Shown: piece after piece, positions 8,636 to 21,473 of the stretch
Position numbering within the stretch: position 1 is the first letter of the stretch
How the letters are laid out: every line of letters begins with the position of its first letter
Origin: Amoebidium appalachense
Lineage: Eukaryota > Protista > Ichthyosporea
Length of the DNA: 64,000 nt
Reading direction: 5' to 3'
Assembly: GCA_963693365.1 (NCBI GenBank)
Contig: CAVNZM010000003.1
Coordinates: forward strand, 5,794,509-5,858,508
Notes under the pieces: model-generated
What the model was told of the DNA's origin: nothing
The model's input: the letters and a program-made list of their open reading frames with translations, nothing else
The model's database searches: none
Program-made: the position numbers and the translations under genes

Positions 8636-11600
8636 GTGTGTGTGTGTTACGTGTTTGTTTGTTTGTTTGTTTTTTTTTTTTTTTTTTTTTGGGGGGGGGG
8701 GGGAGGGGGGGGGGAGGGGGGTTACCTTGAAAACGTGTTTCCTGTCAGTGTAGCCACACGTGCATGCCGGGGGGGGCTTCTTGCCAGCGACCACAAGCCA
8801 GTTGACCGTGGCAAAATTTACCGCCTCGGCCAAGCTGCTACCAGTAGCATACCCAAAGTGGTATGCCCCAGGCAATGTGTAGATGACCTCGCCGGCCTGC
8901 TGAACCGTGTGCTGCACAGGAACACCCTTCTTCATCAAGTAACGGGGGTGGATGAACACAGACTGTCCCACCCACATGTTAGTCATATGAAAAACCGGGT
9001 GGTCGTTTTTGTAAGTGCTTTTTTGTTTTTTGTTCTTCACGTCATTCACGTCAGTGTCTACCACTCCCTCTCTCTCTCTCTTCTTGTAGTCCTCTGTTGT
9101 GTGTGTGGTCGTTTTTTTTTTTTTTTTTTTTTTTTTTTGGGGGGGGGTGGTGGTGAGGGATTACCTTATGCTGTGTGACTTTCTTGCAGATACCGGCCCC
9201 CGAAAGGCCAAGCCTCTTGTAGATATCCTCGAGGATAGACGTGACCTGTCCATTGTACTCTGCACTGATTATATACCAGCTTTTGTCTCCAGGCCCACGG
9301 GTCATGATGTTGACACTTCCGAGCAGACCGTCTTCTGTGTGGGGCACAAACGGAGACCCCGTCGTGACACTGCAAGGAGGCATGTGATTGGGGTTAAAAC
9401 AATAATTAGTTCCGACTTCGATGTGATCCAATACATTCCGAGAAGACCTGACCCATACACATACACCCAGGATGGTTCTGTGAACAAAAGGGGCATTCTG
9501 CAAACCTGCCTTTTTTCCCTTTGTTGTTTGTTGTTGTGTTTTTTTTTTTGGGGGGGGGGGAAGGTGTGGGGGGGCATACTTATAGAGCATCGGTGTTGAG
9601 ATGCCCTCACAGTTCTGGAACTCTCTCGATACAATCGAGCCCAGCGTCTCCAAGCTGAACATGTAGTCGATTTCTTCCCTCACTACCTGTACACACACCA
9701 CATTGCATCAACACAACATACACTCTCCGCACAAACACACGCACACACCCATGCCTACACAACATGCACTCTCTGCTGCACAAACACACGCACACACCCA
9801 TGCCTACACAACATGCACCCTCTGCTGCACACACACGAATACACCCATGCCTATACAACATGCACCCTCTGCTGCACACACACGAATACACCCATGCCTA
9901 CACAACATGCACCCTCTGCTGCACACACACGAATACACCCATGCCTACACAACATGCACCCTCTGCTGCACACACACGAATACACCCATGCCTATACAAC
10001 ATGCACCCTCTGCTGCACACACACGAATACACCCATGCCTACACAACATGCACCCTCTGCTGCACACACACGAATACACCCATGCCTACACAACATGCAC
10101 CCTCTGCTGCACACACACGAATACACCCATGCCTATACAACATGCACCCTCTGCTGCACACACACGAATACACCCATGCCTACACAACATGCACCCTCTG
10201 CTGCACACACACGAATACACCCATGCCTTCACAACATGCACCCATGCCTTCACAACATGCACCCTCTGCTGCACACACACGAATACACCCATGCCTACAG
10301 AATACACCCATGCCTTCACAACATGCACCCTCTGCTGCACACACACGAATACACCCATGCCTACAGAATACACCCATGCCTTCACAACATGCACCCTCTG
10401 CTGCACACACACGAATACACCCATGCCTACACAACATGCACCCTCTGCTGCACACACACGAATACACCCATGCCTACAGAATACACCCATGCCTTCACAA
10501 CATGCACCCTCTGCTGCACACACACGAATACACCCATGCCTACAGAATACACCCATGCCTTCACAACATGCACCCTCTGCTGCACACACACGAATACACC
10601 CATGCCTACACAACATGCACCCTCTGCTGCACACACACGAATACACCCATGCCTACAGAATACACCCATGCCTTCACAACATGCACCCTCTGCTGCACAC
10701 ACACGAATACACCCATGCCTACACAACATGCACCCTCTGCTGCACACACACGAATACACCCATGCCTACAGAATACACCCATGCCTTCACAACATGCACC
10801 CTCTGCTGCACACACACGAATACACCCATGCCTACACAACATGCACCCTCTGCTGCACACACACGAATACACCCATGCCTTCACAACATGCACCCTCTGC
10901 TGCACACACACGAATACACCCATGCCTACACAACATGCACCCTCTGCTGCACACACACGAATACACCCATGCCTACACAACATGCACCCTCTGCTGCACA
11001 CACACGAATACACCCATGCCTTCACAACATGCACCCTCTGCTGCACACACACGAATACACCCATGCCTACACAACATGCACCCTCTGCTGCACACACACG
11101 AATACACCCATGCCTACACAACATGCACCCTCTGCTGCACACACACGAATACACCCATGCCTTCACAACATGCACCCTCTGCTGCACACACACGAATACA
11201 CCCATGCCTTCACAACATGCACCCTCTGCTGCACACACACGAATACACCCATGCCTACACAACATGCACCCTCTGCTGCACACACACGAATACACCCATG
11301 CCTACACAACATGCACCCTCAGCTGCACACACACGAATACACCCATGCCTACACAACATGCACTCATGCATGCACCTGGGCACCTCGACTAGTCCCCGCC
11401 ACACACACCCAACCACCACCACCACCACACACATACACAGAGAGAGAGAGAGAGCACACACCTGCACACGTGCATCCACCTTGGCTAATCCTACCCCCCC
11501 ACCCCGACACACACGCACACGCACACCCGGCACAAACATGCACACACACCCGGCACACACGTGCACACACGCATGGCACACCCTCTGTGTGTGTGTGTGT

Positions 11601-13222
11601 GCCATGCGTGTGTGCACGTGTGTGCCGGGTGTGTGTGCATGTTTGTGCCGGGTGTGCGTGTGCGTGTGTGTCGGGGTGGGGGGGTAGGATTAGCCAAGGT
11701 GGATGCACGTGTGCAGGTGTGTGCTCTCTCTCTCTCTCTGTGTATGTGTGTGGTGGTGGTGGTGGTTGGGTGTGTGTGGCGGGGACTAGTCGAGGTGCCC
11801 AGGTGCATGCATGCGTGCAGACGTGTAATGGCTTGTGTGTTGGGGGGGTGGGGGGGGGGGGGGGGGGGGGGATAGCCTGGCAGGTGCATGCGTGCGTGCA
11901 GACGTATGATCCCTTCCGTGTGTGTGCGGGGAGAGGGGGATAGCCCAGGTGCATGCATGCGTGCAGACGTGTGATCCCTTCCGTGTGTGTGCGGGGAGAG
12001 GGGGATAGCCCAGGTGCATGCATGCGTGCAGACGTGTGATCCCTTCCGTGTGTGTGCGGGGAGAGGGGGGATAGCCCAGGTGCATGCATGCGTGCAGACG
12101 TGTGATCCCTTCCGTGTGTGTGCGGGGAGAGGGGGGATAGCCCAGGTGCATGCATGCGTGCAGACGTGTGATCCCCTCCGTGTGTGTGCGGGGAGAGGGG
12201 GGATAGCCCAGGTGCATGCATGCGTGCAGACGTGTGATCCCTTCCGTGTGTGTGCGGGGAGAGGGGGGATAGCCCAGGTGCATGCATGCGTGCAGACGTG
12301 TAATGGCTTGTGTGTTGGGGGGGGGGGGGGAGGGGGGGGGGAGCGGGGGGATAGCCCAGGTGCATGCGTGCGTGCAGACGTGTGATCCCTTCCGTGTGTG
12401 TGCGGGGAGAGGGGGGATAGCCCAGGTGCATGCATGCGTGCAGACGTGTAATGGCTTGTGTGTTGGGGGGGGGGGGTTACCCGGCCTGAAATCCCAAGGA
12501 GATGTGTTGCGGGTGTGGCGGTAGCCCTCTGCCCCCTCTGCCCCTCCCTCTCCTCCCCCATCCCCACCCTCTCCCTCTCCCTCCCCCTCCCCCTCTCCCC
12601 CCTCCCCACCCCCACCCTCTCCCTCTCCCTCCCCCTCCCCCTCTCCCCCCTCCCCACGCCCACCCTCTCCCTCTCCCTCCCCCCCCCCTCCCCCTCTCCC
12701 CCCCTCCCCCCACCCCCACCCTCTCCCTCTCCCTCCCCCCTCTCCCTCCCCCTCTCCCCCCCCTCCCCCCACCCCCCCCCCTCCCTCTCCCCCCTCCACT
12801 CTTGCCCGCTTTCTCGGTCGGTCACTCGTCGGTGCAGGTAGCTTGAAAGCGGGGCTGCCTGGGGGGCTACGTGCAGCCCCATCCCACCACACTTTCCATC
12901 CGTGCTTTTTGAAGATGCGACAAATCTGGAACTCCCCCGGCAAAGTACCCACCACGGCAGGTATGCGACTGTAGTCCTTACTGCCAGGATACAGAGAAAT
13001 GCGACCGAGCTTCACCGCCCAACCCTCACTCGAAAACGGATGATAGCTGTGAAGATCATAAATCTTCCATCGAGGACCACCAAATCTGAGAATCCAGGCT
13101 ACAACTTCCGGGATGCCCATGTCGTTTTCGAATTCGTGTAGGTTGTAGTTCTTCCTGCAACTAGGACGTCCGTCGTCCAGTTCAATCAAAAAAACATAAA
13201 CATGTTCTGAACCCGTTGGCAT
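8258..13222 (-). CDS. KDM4-type JmjC histone demethylase-like protein, spliced, no recognisable JmjN
   Basis: Phase-consistent GT-AG exons: (start uncertain)-12481, 9686-9580, 9369-9165, 8962-8726, 8347-8258. They give GISTPMLY, FVPHTED, SVN, KSWY, CKKVTQHK, PGAYHFG, AEAVNFAT and CTC. Linking the 5' ORF (ATG 13222) requires a frameshift or intron in the G-rich tract at ~12540-12800. Confidence 0.85.
9720..11360. repeat. 47-bp minisatellite (~1.6 kb) inside a JmjC intron
   Basis: ACACCCATGCCTACACAACATGCACCCTCTGCTGCACACACACGAAT units with short variants. Confidence 0.95.
11365..11813. repeat. Long palindrome: 217-bp arms, 15-nt loop
   Basis: 11365-11581 is the reverse complement of 11597-11813 (coordinate sums are both 23178). 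Confidence 0.92.
11813..12470. repeat. ~66-bp minisatellite inside a JmjC intron
   Basis: GATAGCCCAGGTGCATGCATGCGTGCAGACGTGTGATCCCTTCC... units. Confidence 0.92.
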
Positions 13223-13533
13223 CACCAAATATATGATCGGTGCGAGTTTTTTTTTTTTGAGGATGACGATAAATACTCTGACGTGTGAGTAGCCTTTTAC
13301 CGGTAAATATAACTGACGGATCAACGTCGTTCGAAAGCCTAAATGTGGGTGGGTCGAGTGGTATGCTGCTCGGGAATGCACGAGTGATGAGCGCCAGAAT
13401 ATTGCCGTTAACAGCCATGTTGCTGTGTGTGTTTTTGTGATGTGTGTAATTGTGAGCACCCTCTGCCTGTAAGACTGTCTGTGAGAGCGCTCTGTCTGTG
13501 TGCTTGTGCCACCGTGTTGTAGCGCTCGTGCTT

Positions 13534-13671
<138 letters not shown>

Positions 13672-13971
13672 AATCGTTCCTAGGAAAGCTCGTGCATGCG
13701 CGCGCTATGTTTTTTGTGTCCAGTCTAACAATGTTTGTGTTTAGCAGAACTCGTTTGTGTGTGTGCTCTGTTTTCGTATCCCAAACAATCTACGATTGTG
13801 TGCATAAGCCTAAAATGTGCCTCGCACAGGGAAACATGAAGGAAATTCTATGTATCTGTATTGGCTAAAAAAGGGGACAACTGATAGCGCGGTGTGCACA
13901 GGTTATTATAACAAGTTTCTTTGTTGTTTTCGTTCTGTTTTTGGCAATCTAGCCTATTTGTAATTACAATG

Positions 13972-14240
13972 GAAACATGTACAACAGCAGCGCCGGGCGA
14001 AAGTGACACGAACTGGTGTGGTGCGCTTGATTATGTTTGAAACATGCACAACAGCAGCGCTGGGCGAAAGTGACACGAACTGATGTGGTGCGCCTGATTA
14101 CGTTTGAAACATGCACAACAGCAGCGCTGGGCGAAAGTGACACGAATTGGTGTGGCGCGCTTGGTTATGTTTGAAACATGTACAACAGCAGCGCCGGGCG
14201 AAAGTAACACGAACTGGTGTGGTGCGCTTGGTTATATTTG
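13972..14240. repeat. 67-bp tandem repeat (x4)
   Basis: GAAACATGYACAACAGCAGCGCYGGGCGAAAGT at 13972, 14039, 14106 and 14173. Confidence 0.9.
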
Positions 14241-15712
14241 TTCGTTCGGGAATCAAGATGGACTCTTGTAATTTCTCCGTTGTATATAGAGCGCAAAGAG
14301 AGTGTTGAACATATATTCTCATTTCGCAAAGCTTGAAGCAAGCAAGAAAATCACGTTTTTGATGACTGGCCAATTAATGTTTTGTTCAGTTTGGCCAATG
14401 GAATCACTGATTGGCGCGTACGTGATAATAAGCTAATCAGTGAGATCGGCTAATAATAGTTTGGGTAGCAAGGCCAGCCTGCCCAACCAAGACCCTTTTG
14501 CGAGTAACAATTGTGATTTATTCTAATAGGCAATAAATATTAAAAAAGCATAATTTATTTATGTTTATTTATACTTTACGCGGACACAGACATTTGTTGG
14601 AATTTTGTTTGGAAAGGGTCCTGTGAATCTGGTCTTCGAAAAGCGTTGCAGCCTTGAGTCACGGTGTATTGACCAACTAGATTGTACCAATGCCGATAAG
14701 CGCTTGCCTAGAGTACCAGTGCCCGATCACGTTGACCCAACCATTATTCACCAATCACCGATTGGTTTTGTTGGCTGGCGCATTTACGTGATGACTGGCC
14801 AATGAAATTACTTAGTGACTGATAGCAGCACCGACCCTGGAGCGTTTCGACTGAGCAAGGAATAAGGGAAATCCTAAAAGAGGGTTGTATGTTTTATGAC
14901 ATATAAGGTTCTATAAATAAACAACCATGCGCTTGGGATTTTGGTTGGAAAGCGTTTTGTATTTGCCCAATTTGAATCCGATGCTTCGATTTCGGTCAAT
15001 CAGAATACCCTGAGCATCAGCGCCGCGAATCACGTGGGGCAAGAACCAACCCCTATGCACCAATCAAACGCTTGCACGTAAAAAGGTCCGCGAATAAGAT
15101 GTTGTGAAAGCGTATATCCTTCGATGTTTTAAACTAGCGCTCGTTTTGTCCTGTATATTATATTTTTATTTCGTATATTCACCTTTTTTATACAGTTTAC
15201 CTGTGAACCAAACACGATTAGAGATATATTCGCTAACAGCGCCAAAAGGTTCTGTTTTTCTTATGCTTGATTCTCGTAACATAAGATCGTATTTTGCGCA
15301 ATGGCTTCACATAAATTATTGATGACGGTTTTTTTATATCAGTTCACAGCGCTGTCATTTTCTACTTTTCTGATTCTTTTGTTCATGGCTGTGTTTGCAC
15401 ACGACGGTGTTTGCCTAGAGAAACGTAACACTCTCTTTTTTTTTCTTTTTCTCTTGTTCACGACTGGGTTTGCACAGGACTGTGTTTGCGCAGAGAAACG
15501 TAACACTCTTTTTTTTTACTTTTTCCTTTGTTCACAACAGAGAATCGTATTCGTAGCACTTTCTTTTTTTTTTCCTTTTTCCCTTGTTTTTTTTTTTCCT
15601 TTTTCCCTTGTTCACGACTGGGTTTGCACACGACTGTGTTTGCGCAGAGAAACGTAAGACTTCCTTTCTTTTTTTCCCTTTGTTTATCCTTTTTTTTGTG
15701 AAAACTGTCACG

Positions 15713-16943
15713 ATGGATTATTCCCAGCAAGCTCCCGGGTCGGGGTCATACGAAACCAACATCAGCAAGTCCGCCGACCCCGTCACAACGCAAGCCCCCC
15801 CCCCATCCAACCCCCCCCCCACACTCCGGCGGCGAAGTCCCCTCCCCCAACCAACCCCCCCCCCACACTCAGGCTCCGGCGGCGACGTCCCCCCCCCCCC
15901 ATCCAACCCCCCCCCACACTCCGGCGACACTGCTCCCGTCGATCCAAAAATGTTCGAAGAGTACTTGGAGACTGTGTTGCAGTCGAAAGTAGACAGTGCC
16001 ATTGCCTCTGCATTGGCAAAGGTCGGTACTGCGGCCACTGCACCCGCTGTCACCACCCCAACCACCGAATTGCAGGAGAAGCTGGAAGCCGCAGAGAAAG
16101 AATTACAAACGAAGGATCACGACATCCAAATCCTTAAGGGGAAATTGCCGAGCTAAAATCGGCGGCGGCCAAACAAAAACACCTTGCAGATGCAAAGGAA
16201 CAGGTGTTATCGGCAAAGAATCGGGACCTCGAAGGGCAGCTTGTTGGAAAGGTGGCCGATATCCTGGAGCATCAGACTGAAGGGGAAAGATACCGGGCCG
16301 AGATTACCAAGCTTCAGTCACACATTGCGACCATGAGGGAATCATACCGTAGAACAATCGACGAGAGCACACAGAAACTTCGTGATTGGAATGACCCCCA
16401 GCCCCTCCCCCGACATTACCGTCCAACACGGTCTCGCCCCCCCCCTCCCCCCCCCCTGGTACGACCAATCAAAATCCCATCCCCACCCTCCCCCCGCCCG
16501 GTACCACTCAGCCCAAAACCCCCCTCAACCTCCCCCTGCCCATTCTCCCCCTCCCCCCACCTGTCATGCCCGTACCCCCCTTCAATCCGTCCCTCACCAC
16601 CGTTACCAGCACCCAATCCCACACTTTTGGTGCCTCCATGATGTCGAACCCCTCTGCATATTCCCAGGGTTCAAAGAGAGGGGTGTCAGATATTTCTTTT
16701 GGTGTGTACAAACGGCACCGCCAGGAAGAGACGTCATTTGAGACGGCATTAGATGAGGAATTGGAGGACATGATGGCTTTGGGCGAGAAGGTCGAGGGGA
16801 AGAAAGGGAAAGAAAGTGGTCGAGCAAAGAAACCAAAACAGAGTCAGAAACCAGCCCCTGCCCGCAGTGGCAGGACACGAGCAAAGCAAGTTTCAGATAT
16901 ACAGGTTATTCACGGGGACAGTGATGAAGACGATGAAGATTAG
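15713..16943 (+). pseudogene. Intronless Pro-rich / coiled-coil / acidic-tail protein broken by about 2 frameshifts
   Basis: MDYSQQ...IQILKG continues as EIAELKSAAAKQ... if one G is added at the 16138-16141 G-run. A second shift in the C-runs near 16440 leads to ...GDSDEDDED*. Both may be homopolymer sequencing errors in an intact gene. Confidence 0.6.
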
Positions 16944-17289
16944 GTTGGGAGTGGTGAGGGGTGTGTTTTGATTTTGTTGTATGTGTCAGGGGCTGGGTAT
17001 GGCCACAGGGGCTGGCTGATGTATTTTAATATATGACTGTTGATACTGGTAGCACCTTACGGTTTCTGTATTTATGTTAACGAGCATCTTAATAATATGG
17101 ATCATAGCATGTAGGCATCTTTTTTTTCTGGTTCTGGATGGTTTAGTATCTTGTGGTTATTATATATGTACAAGTCTTCTGGATGGTTTAGTATCTTGTG
17201 GTTATTATATATGTACAAGTCTTGTTTTGCTGTTTTCAACCGATTAAATATCGATTGTATACAAAGAAGTCCAGGTCCCTTTTGGTACA

Positions 17290-17315
17290 CACTTGCATGC
17301 ACGTTCAAAGTCTCC

Positions 17316-17346
<31 letters not shown>

Positions 17347-17646
17347 ACTCCCTCCCCATGCATGCATGCCCGTGTGGCACACAGTTTGTGTGCTTTCATA
17401 AGTCTATCGATGCATGCACGTTCAAAGTCTCCCCCCCCCCCCACCTTACCCTAAACCCTAAACCCCGTGCATGCATGCCCGTGTGGCACACAGTTTGTGT
17501 GCTTTCATAAGTCTATTGCATGCACGTTCAAAGTCTCCCCCCCCCCCCCCCCTCCCCCCTCCCCACACTCCCTCCCCATGCATGCATGCCCGTGTGGCAC
17601 ACAGTTTGTGTGCTTTCATAAGTCTATTGCATGCACGTTCAAAGTC

Positions 17647-17686
<40 letters not shown>

Positions 17687-17861
17687 ACCCCACACTCCCT
17701 CCCCATGCATGCATGCCCGTGTGGCACACAGTTTGTGTGCTTTCATAAGTCTATCGATGCATGCATGCCCGTGTGGCACACAGTTTGTGTGCTTTCATAA
17801 GTCTATTGCATGCACGTTCAAAGTCTCCCCCCCCCCCCCCCCCCCCCCACCCCCCCCCCCC

Positions 17862-17900
<39 letters not shown>

Positions 17901-18039
17901 ACCCCACACTCCCTCCCCATGCATGCATGCCCGTGTGGCACACAGTTTGTGTGCTTTCATAAGTCTATCGATGCATGCATGCCCGTGTGGCACACAGTTT
18001 GTGTGCTTTCATAAGTCTATTGCATGCACGTTCAAAGTC

Positions 18040-18075
<36 letters not shown>

Positions 18076-18163
18076 ACCCCACACTCCCTCCCCATGCATG
18101 CATGCCCGTGTGGCACACAGTTTGTGTGCTTTCATAAGTCTATTGCATGCACGTTCAAAGTCT

Positions 18164-18226
<63 letters not shown>

Positions 18227-18495
18227 ACCCCACACTCCCTCCCCATGCATGCATGCCCGTGTGGCACACAGTTTGTGTGCTTTCATAAGTCTATCGATGC
18301 ATGCATGCCCGTGTGGCACACAGTTTGTGTGCTTTCATAAGTCTATTGCATGCACGTTCAAAGTCTCCCCCCCCCCCCACCCCCCCCCCCCCTCCCCCCC
18401 CCCCACCCCACACTCCCTCCCCATGCATGCATGCCCGTGTGGCACACAGTTTGTGTGCTTTCATAAGTCTATCGATGTATATTGCATGCACGTTT
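17290..18495. repeat. Modular minisatellite with poly-C
   Basis: CATGCATGCCCGTGTGGCACACAGTTTGTGTGCTTTCATAAGTCTAT recurs about 11 times. Confidence 0.92.
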
Positions 18496-18502
18496 AAAGT
18501 AT

Positions 18503-18900
18503 TTATTTCCCCTCTTTTTGCACACACAGCTTTGCACACACAGCAACTGTCTTTTTATTGTATCCACTTTGGGTATGAAGCGCTGGCGCTGGGTTTGTCG
18601 TATACTCCACTTCGGGGCTTTTGTATGCAGCGCTTATTTCCCCTCTTTTTGCACACACAGCTTTGCACACACAGCAACTGTCTTTTTATTGTATCCACTT
18701 TGGGTATGAAGCGCTGGCGCTGGGTTTGTCGTATACTCCACTTCGGGGCTTTTGTATGCAGCGCTTATTTCCCCTCTTTTTGCACACACAGCTTTGCACA
18801 CACAGCAACTGTCTTTTTATTGTATCCACTTTGGGTATGAAGCGCTGGCGCTGGGTTTGTCGTATACTCCACTTCGGGTCTTTTTGTATGCAGCGCTGGC
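18503..18900. repeat. 131-bp tandem repeat (x3)
   Basis: TTATTTCCCCTCTTTTTGCACAC at 18503, 18634 and 18765. Confidence 0.92.
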
Positions 18901-18920
18901 GCGGTGACACGTCAATCGGA

Positions 18921-19193
18921 TTAAAAGTCCGAGTGACTTGTTTGTCTCAGAGCGGTGTCGTACTCCGCAGCACCCGTCTTCTTATTGAAATAGTATATGA
19001 CTGCATACATCAATGGTGTAACCAATAAACATGTGAGGACAATAGCAGCGCTGACGTACACCAGATACATTTTGTTCACTTTCTCTCTAGCATTCGGTTC
19101 GGACTTCATTAAATTGTACCAGTGTATATTTGCAACGACACTGCATATAGATATCACATAAAGAATGCCTGTGGTGACCGTGCTGTCGAACAT
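18921..19193 (-). CDS. Small two-TM orphan membrane protein
   Basis: First ATG 19193. Hydrophobic segments GILYVISICSVVANI and YLVYVSAAIVLTCLLVTPLMYAVIYYF. Confidence 0.5.
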   Translation of the reverse strand: MFDSTVTTGILYVISICSVVANIHWYNLMKSEPNAREKVNKMYLVYVSAAIVLTCLLVTPLMYAVIYYFNKKTGAAEYDTALRQTSHSDF

Positions 19194-19497
19194 GTACGTG
19201 TACCTCACAAAACTTTCAGTATCCGACGTGTTACACCCCAAAAGTGACCTCTCTGAGATCTTGCCTGTGGTACAAACTCTTGATGCCGTGTTGCTCTTGT
19301 GTTTTACCAGTACCCCTCTCTCCAGATGCCGAATTTAGATTGGAATTCGTGAATACACCCATGTGATTGGTCAGTGGTTTGGCACCAAGAGATTGATTGA
19401 TATGCCATCAACCAGTCAACAAAAAGTACTCGCTTTTACTTTTTGTCTCGCTTCACCCCAATCCAAGAACAGTGCACACCAAAACAAAACACTAGAA

Positions 19498-19980
19498 ATG
19501 GGAGACGCACTTTTGCGCCCCGATTCGGTTGACCCCGAACGATGCCCTGCATTTGCACCCTCAAAAAAAGCCCAGTGCAAAAACAAAAAGAAAACATGCC
19601 CACACCACAAGGACGGCTTCAAGCCCTGGGTATGCTTTGCCCCTGCCACCGGTGTCCTCCTCTACAGCGACAACACCATCAACATCCTCCACCCCCACAA
19701 GGCCGGGGACTATGCTCATGCAAACCTCCTGCTGGACGACCTCCTGGCCGCCTTTACAGTCGCAGAAATGCAGCGCCCTCGCACCGAGCGCACCGGGGTA
19801 CCCGCGCTGACTGTGTCCACTCCGGATCCACCCATGGGTGCACCACAGCCACCGGTTGCAGCTGCAGCGGTGGGTGTGGGCAGGGAAAATGGGTACTGCC
19901 AGGGCAAAACCAAGGCTGGCAATCCCTGCAAAAACAGGGTGAAATCTACGACCCATTGCCATAAGCACAAGCCCAAATAA
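19498..19980 (+). CDS. Basic protein with two C-x9/10-C-xn-C-x2-H zinc knuckles (DUF5763-like)
   Basis: CPAFAPSKKAQCKNKKKTCPHH and CQGKTKAGNPCKNRVKSTTHCHKH. Intronless. Family assignment is from memory of the CxGxTKxGxxCKN motif. Confidence 0.7.
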   Translation: MGDALLRPDSVDPERCPAFAPSKKAQCKNKKKTCPHHKDGFKPWVCFAPATGVLLYSDNTINILHPHKAGDYAHANLLLDDLLAAFTVAEMQRPRTERTGVPALTVSTPDPPMGAPQPPVAAAAVGVGRENGYCQGKTKAGNPCKNRVKSTTHCHKHKPK

Positions 19981-20424
19981 AAAAACCACCCACACACCCA
20001 CACGTGCCAACATACACTATCCTCCCCGTGAGTGGCATGCCAGTCTCCCCAGCCCCCCTGCTCCCCAGTCCCCCCTGCCCCCCTGCCCCCCTGCCCCCCT
20101 GCCCCCCTGCTCCCCTGCCACATGCACACCCACACACTGGGTGCCCCCCCTGCTCCCCTGCCTCCCGGAACCAGGCCCCCCAGTGGTGGCATTCCAACAC
20201 GTGCATGCTAGAAGATCGTGCTACATGAACAAATGGTCTTAACTCAGCCATACATGGGGGATAGATAGTATCACACAACCATGGTTCCCCCACTCTCCCC
20301 AGCCTCCTGTGCACGTGTGCCTCCCCCGACCCCCTGCCTCCCCTGCACGTGTGCCCCCCCTCCTGCCGGAACCACGGCCCCCAGTGGTGGCAGCCAGTGC
20401 CTTACATGCTAATCTATTCTATGG

Positions 20425-20519
20425 CCACATGGCCAGATGGCCAGATTGTTTTGACTTCAGGTGGATCCCCCCCCCCCCTGCTCACAGACTGAATTTGATC
20501 TGGCCATCTGGCCATCTGG
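20425..20519. repeat. 22-bp inverted repeat built of 8-bp ATGGCCAG units (MITE-like remnant)
   Basis: 20425-20446 matches the reverse complement of 20498-20519 with 1 mismatch. Confidence 0.7.
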
Positions 20520-20805
20520 GTATAAACCGTTTTCTGTTCTAATATTGGAGAACTGTCGATAGTGATAGAAAATGTCATTGGAAGAACAATCGGGAAATCC
20601 CGCGGTGTGACAACCAATCAGAATGAAGCAATATCGCAGGCCACCAGCCAATCATGCCTCATTCATGCGATCGGACTGGATAACGATACCATCTTCCAAC
20701 AGGAACCCATGGCCAGCTAATTGACAAAGTTCAAGACTTCTTGGTTTGTACGCTAACACGTACTGACGTGTTGCCGCACGTGCGACGTTTTAACATCTAC
20801 TCATT

Positions 20806-20839
<34 letters not shown>

Positions 20840-21440
20840 AGGAGACACCGCCTCAGTAGGTGGTAGGTTTGTACGGCACTTCATAGAGTCAGAAAACCCT
20901 TTCTAAGCCCCATCACTATGTATGATATGTAATCATCAACAGCTGAGACCTTCATATATATGCATGGGCACGCACCTGTTAGTGATCATGATGATACAAC
21001 GCCGAGGGAGTATATACTTAAGATAAACCGTTACTGCCAACTTAGTAAAGTTGAGACAGTGTCTAGAGCTAGACCTCGGTGTAAAGGCGTAAACGTCTCT
21101 GCGGGGAATATATCATCTTAGCATGGGCTAATATCTGGATTGATGCAGCTGTTGAACTCTATGATAGAGCCCACAAAAAAAAGCACTATGTATCAGACAG
21201 ACGCTAAAACATTTGTGCATATTTGAATGAGCATCACTTTCAACGCGGCCTGGGCCCATTATCAGGGAAAACTGTCAGCATCTCTATCTCAGAAACATGT
21301 TTCGACTCTTCAGTGTCCAGCTTGCGCGGATTGAGGTGTTTCTGTGCATGTGGTGGTGGCGGTGGCGGTGGTGTGTGTGACTGTGTGCTGGTGGATTGGT
21401 AGTGCGTGTACGTTTGTGTTTGTGGTGGTGGTGTGTGTGT

Positions 21441-21473
<33 letters not shown>

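Noticed and set aside
9703-11943. Long 542-746-aa ORFs in the track
   Set aside because: They are translations of a stop-free 47-bp minisatellite within the JmjC intron.
17448-17466. Telomere-like CCCTAAA x2 (also AAACCCTAA in the 75-bp array and GGTTAGGGTTAG at ~25325)
   Set aside because: Too short to call an interstitial telomere.
20810-21240. Possible retroelement remnant with faint similarity to the 28134 element
   Set aside because: Only a short GTGATCATGAT..GAGGG match, with no definable ends.
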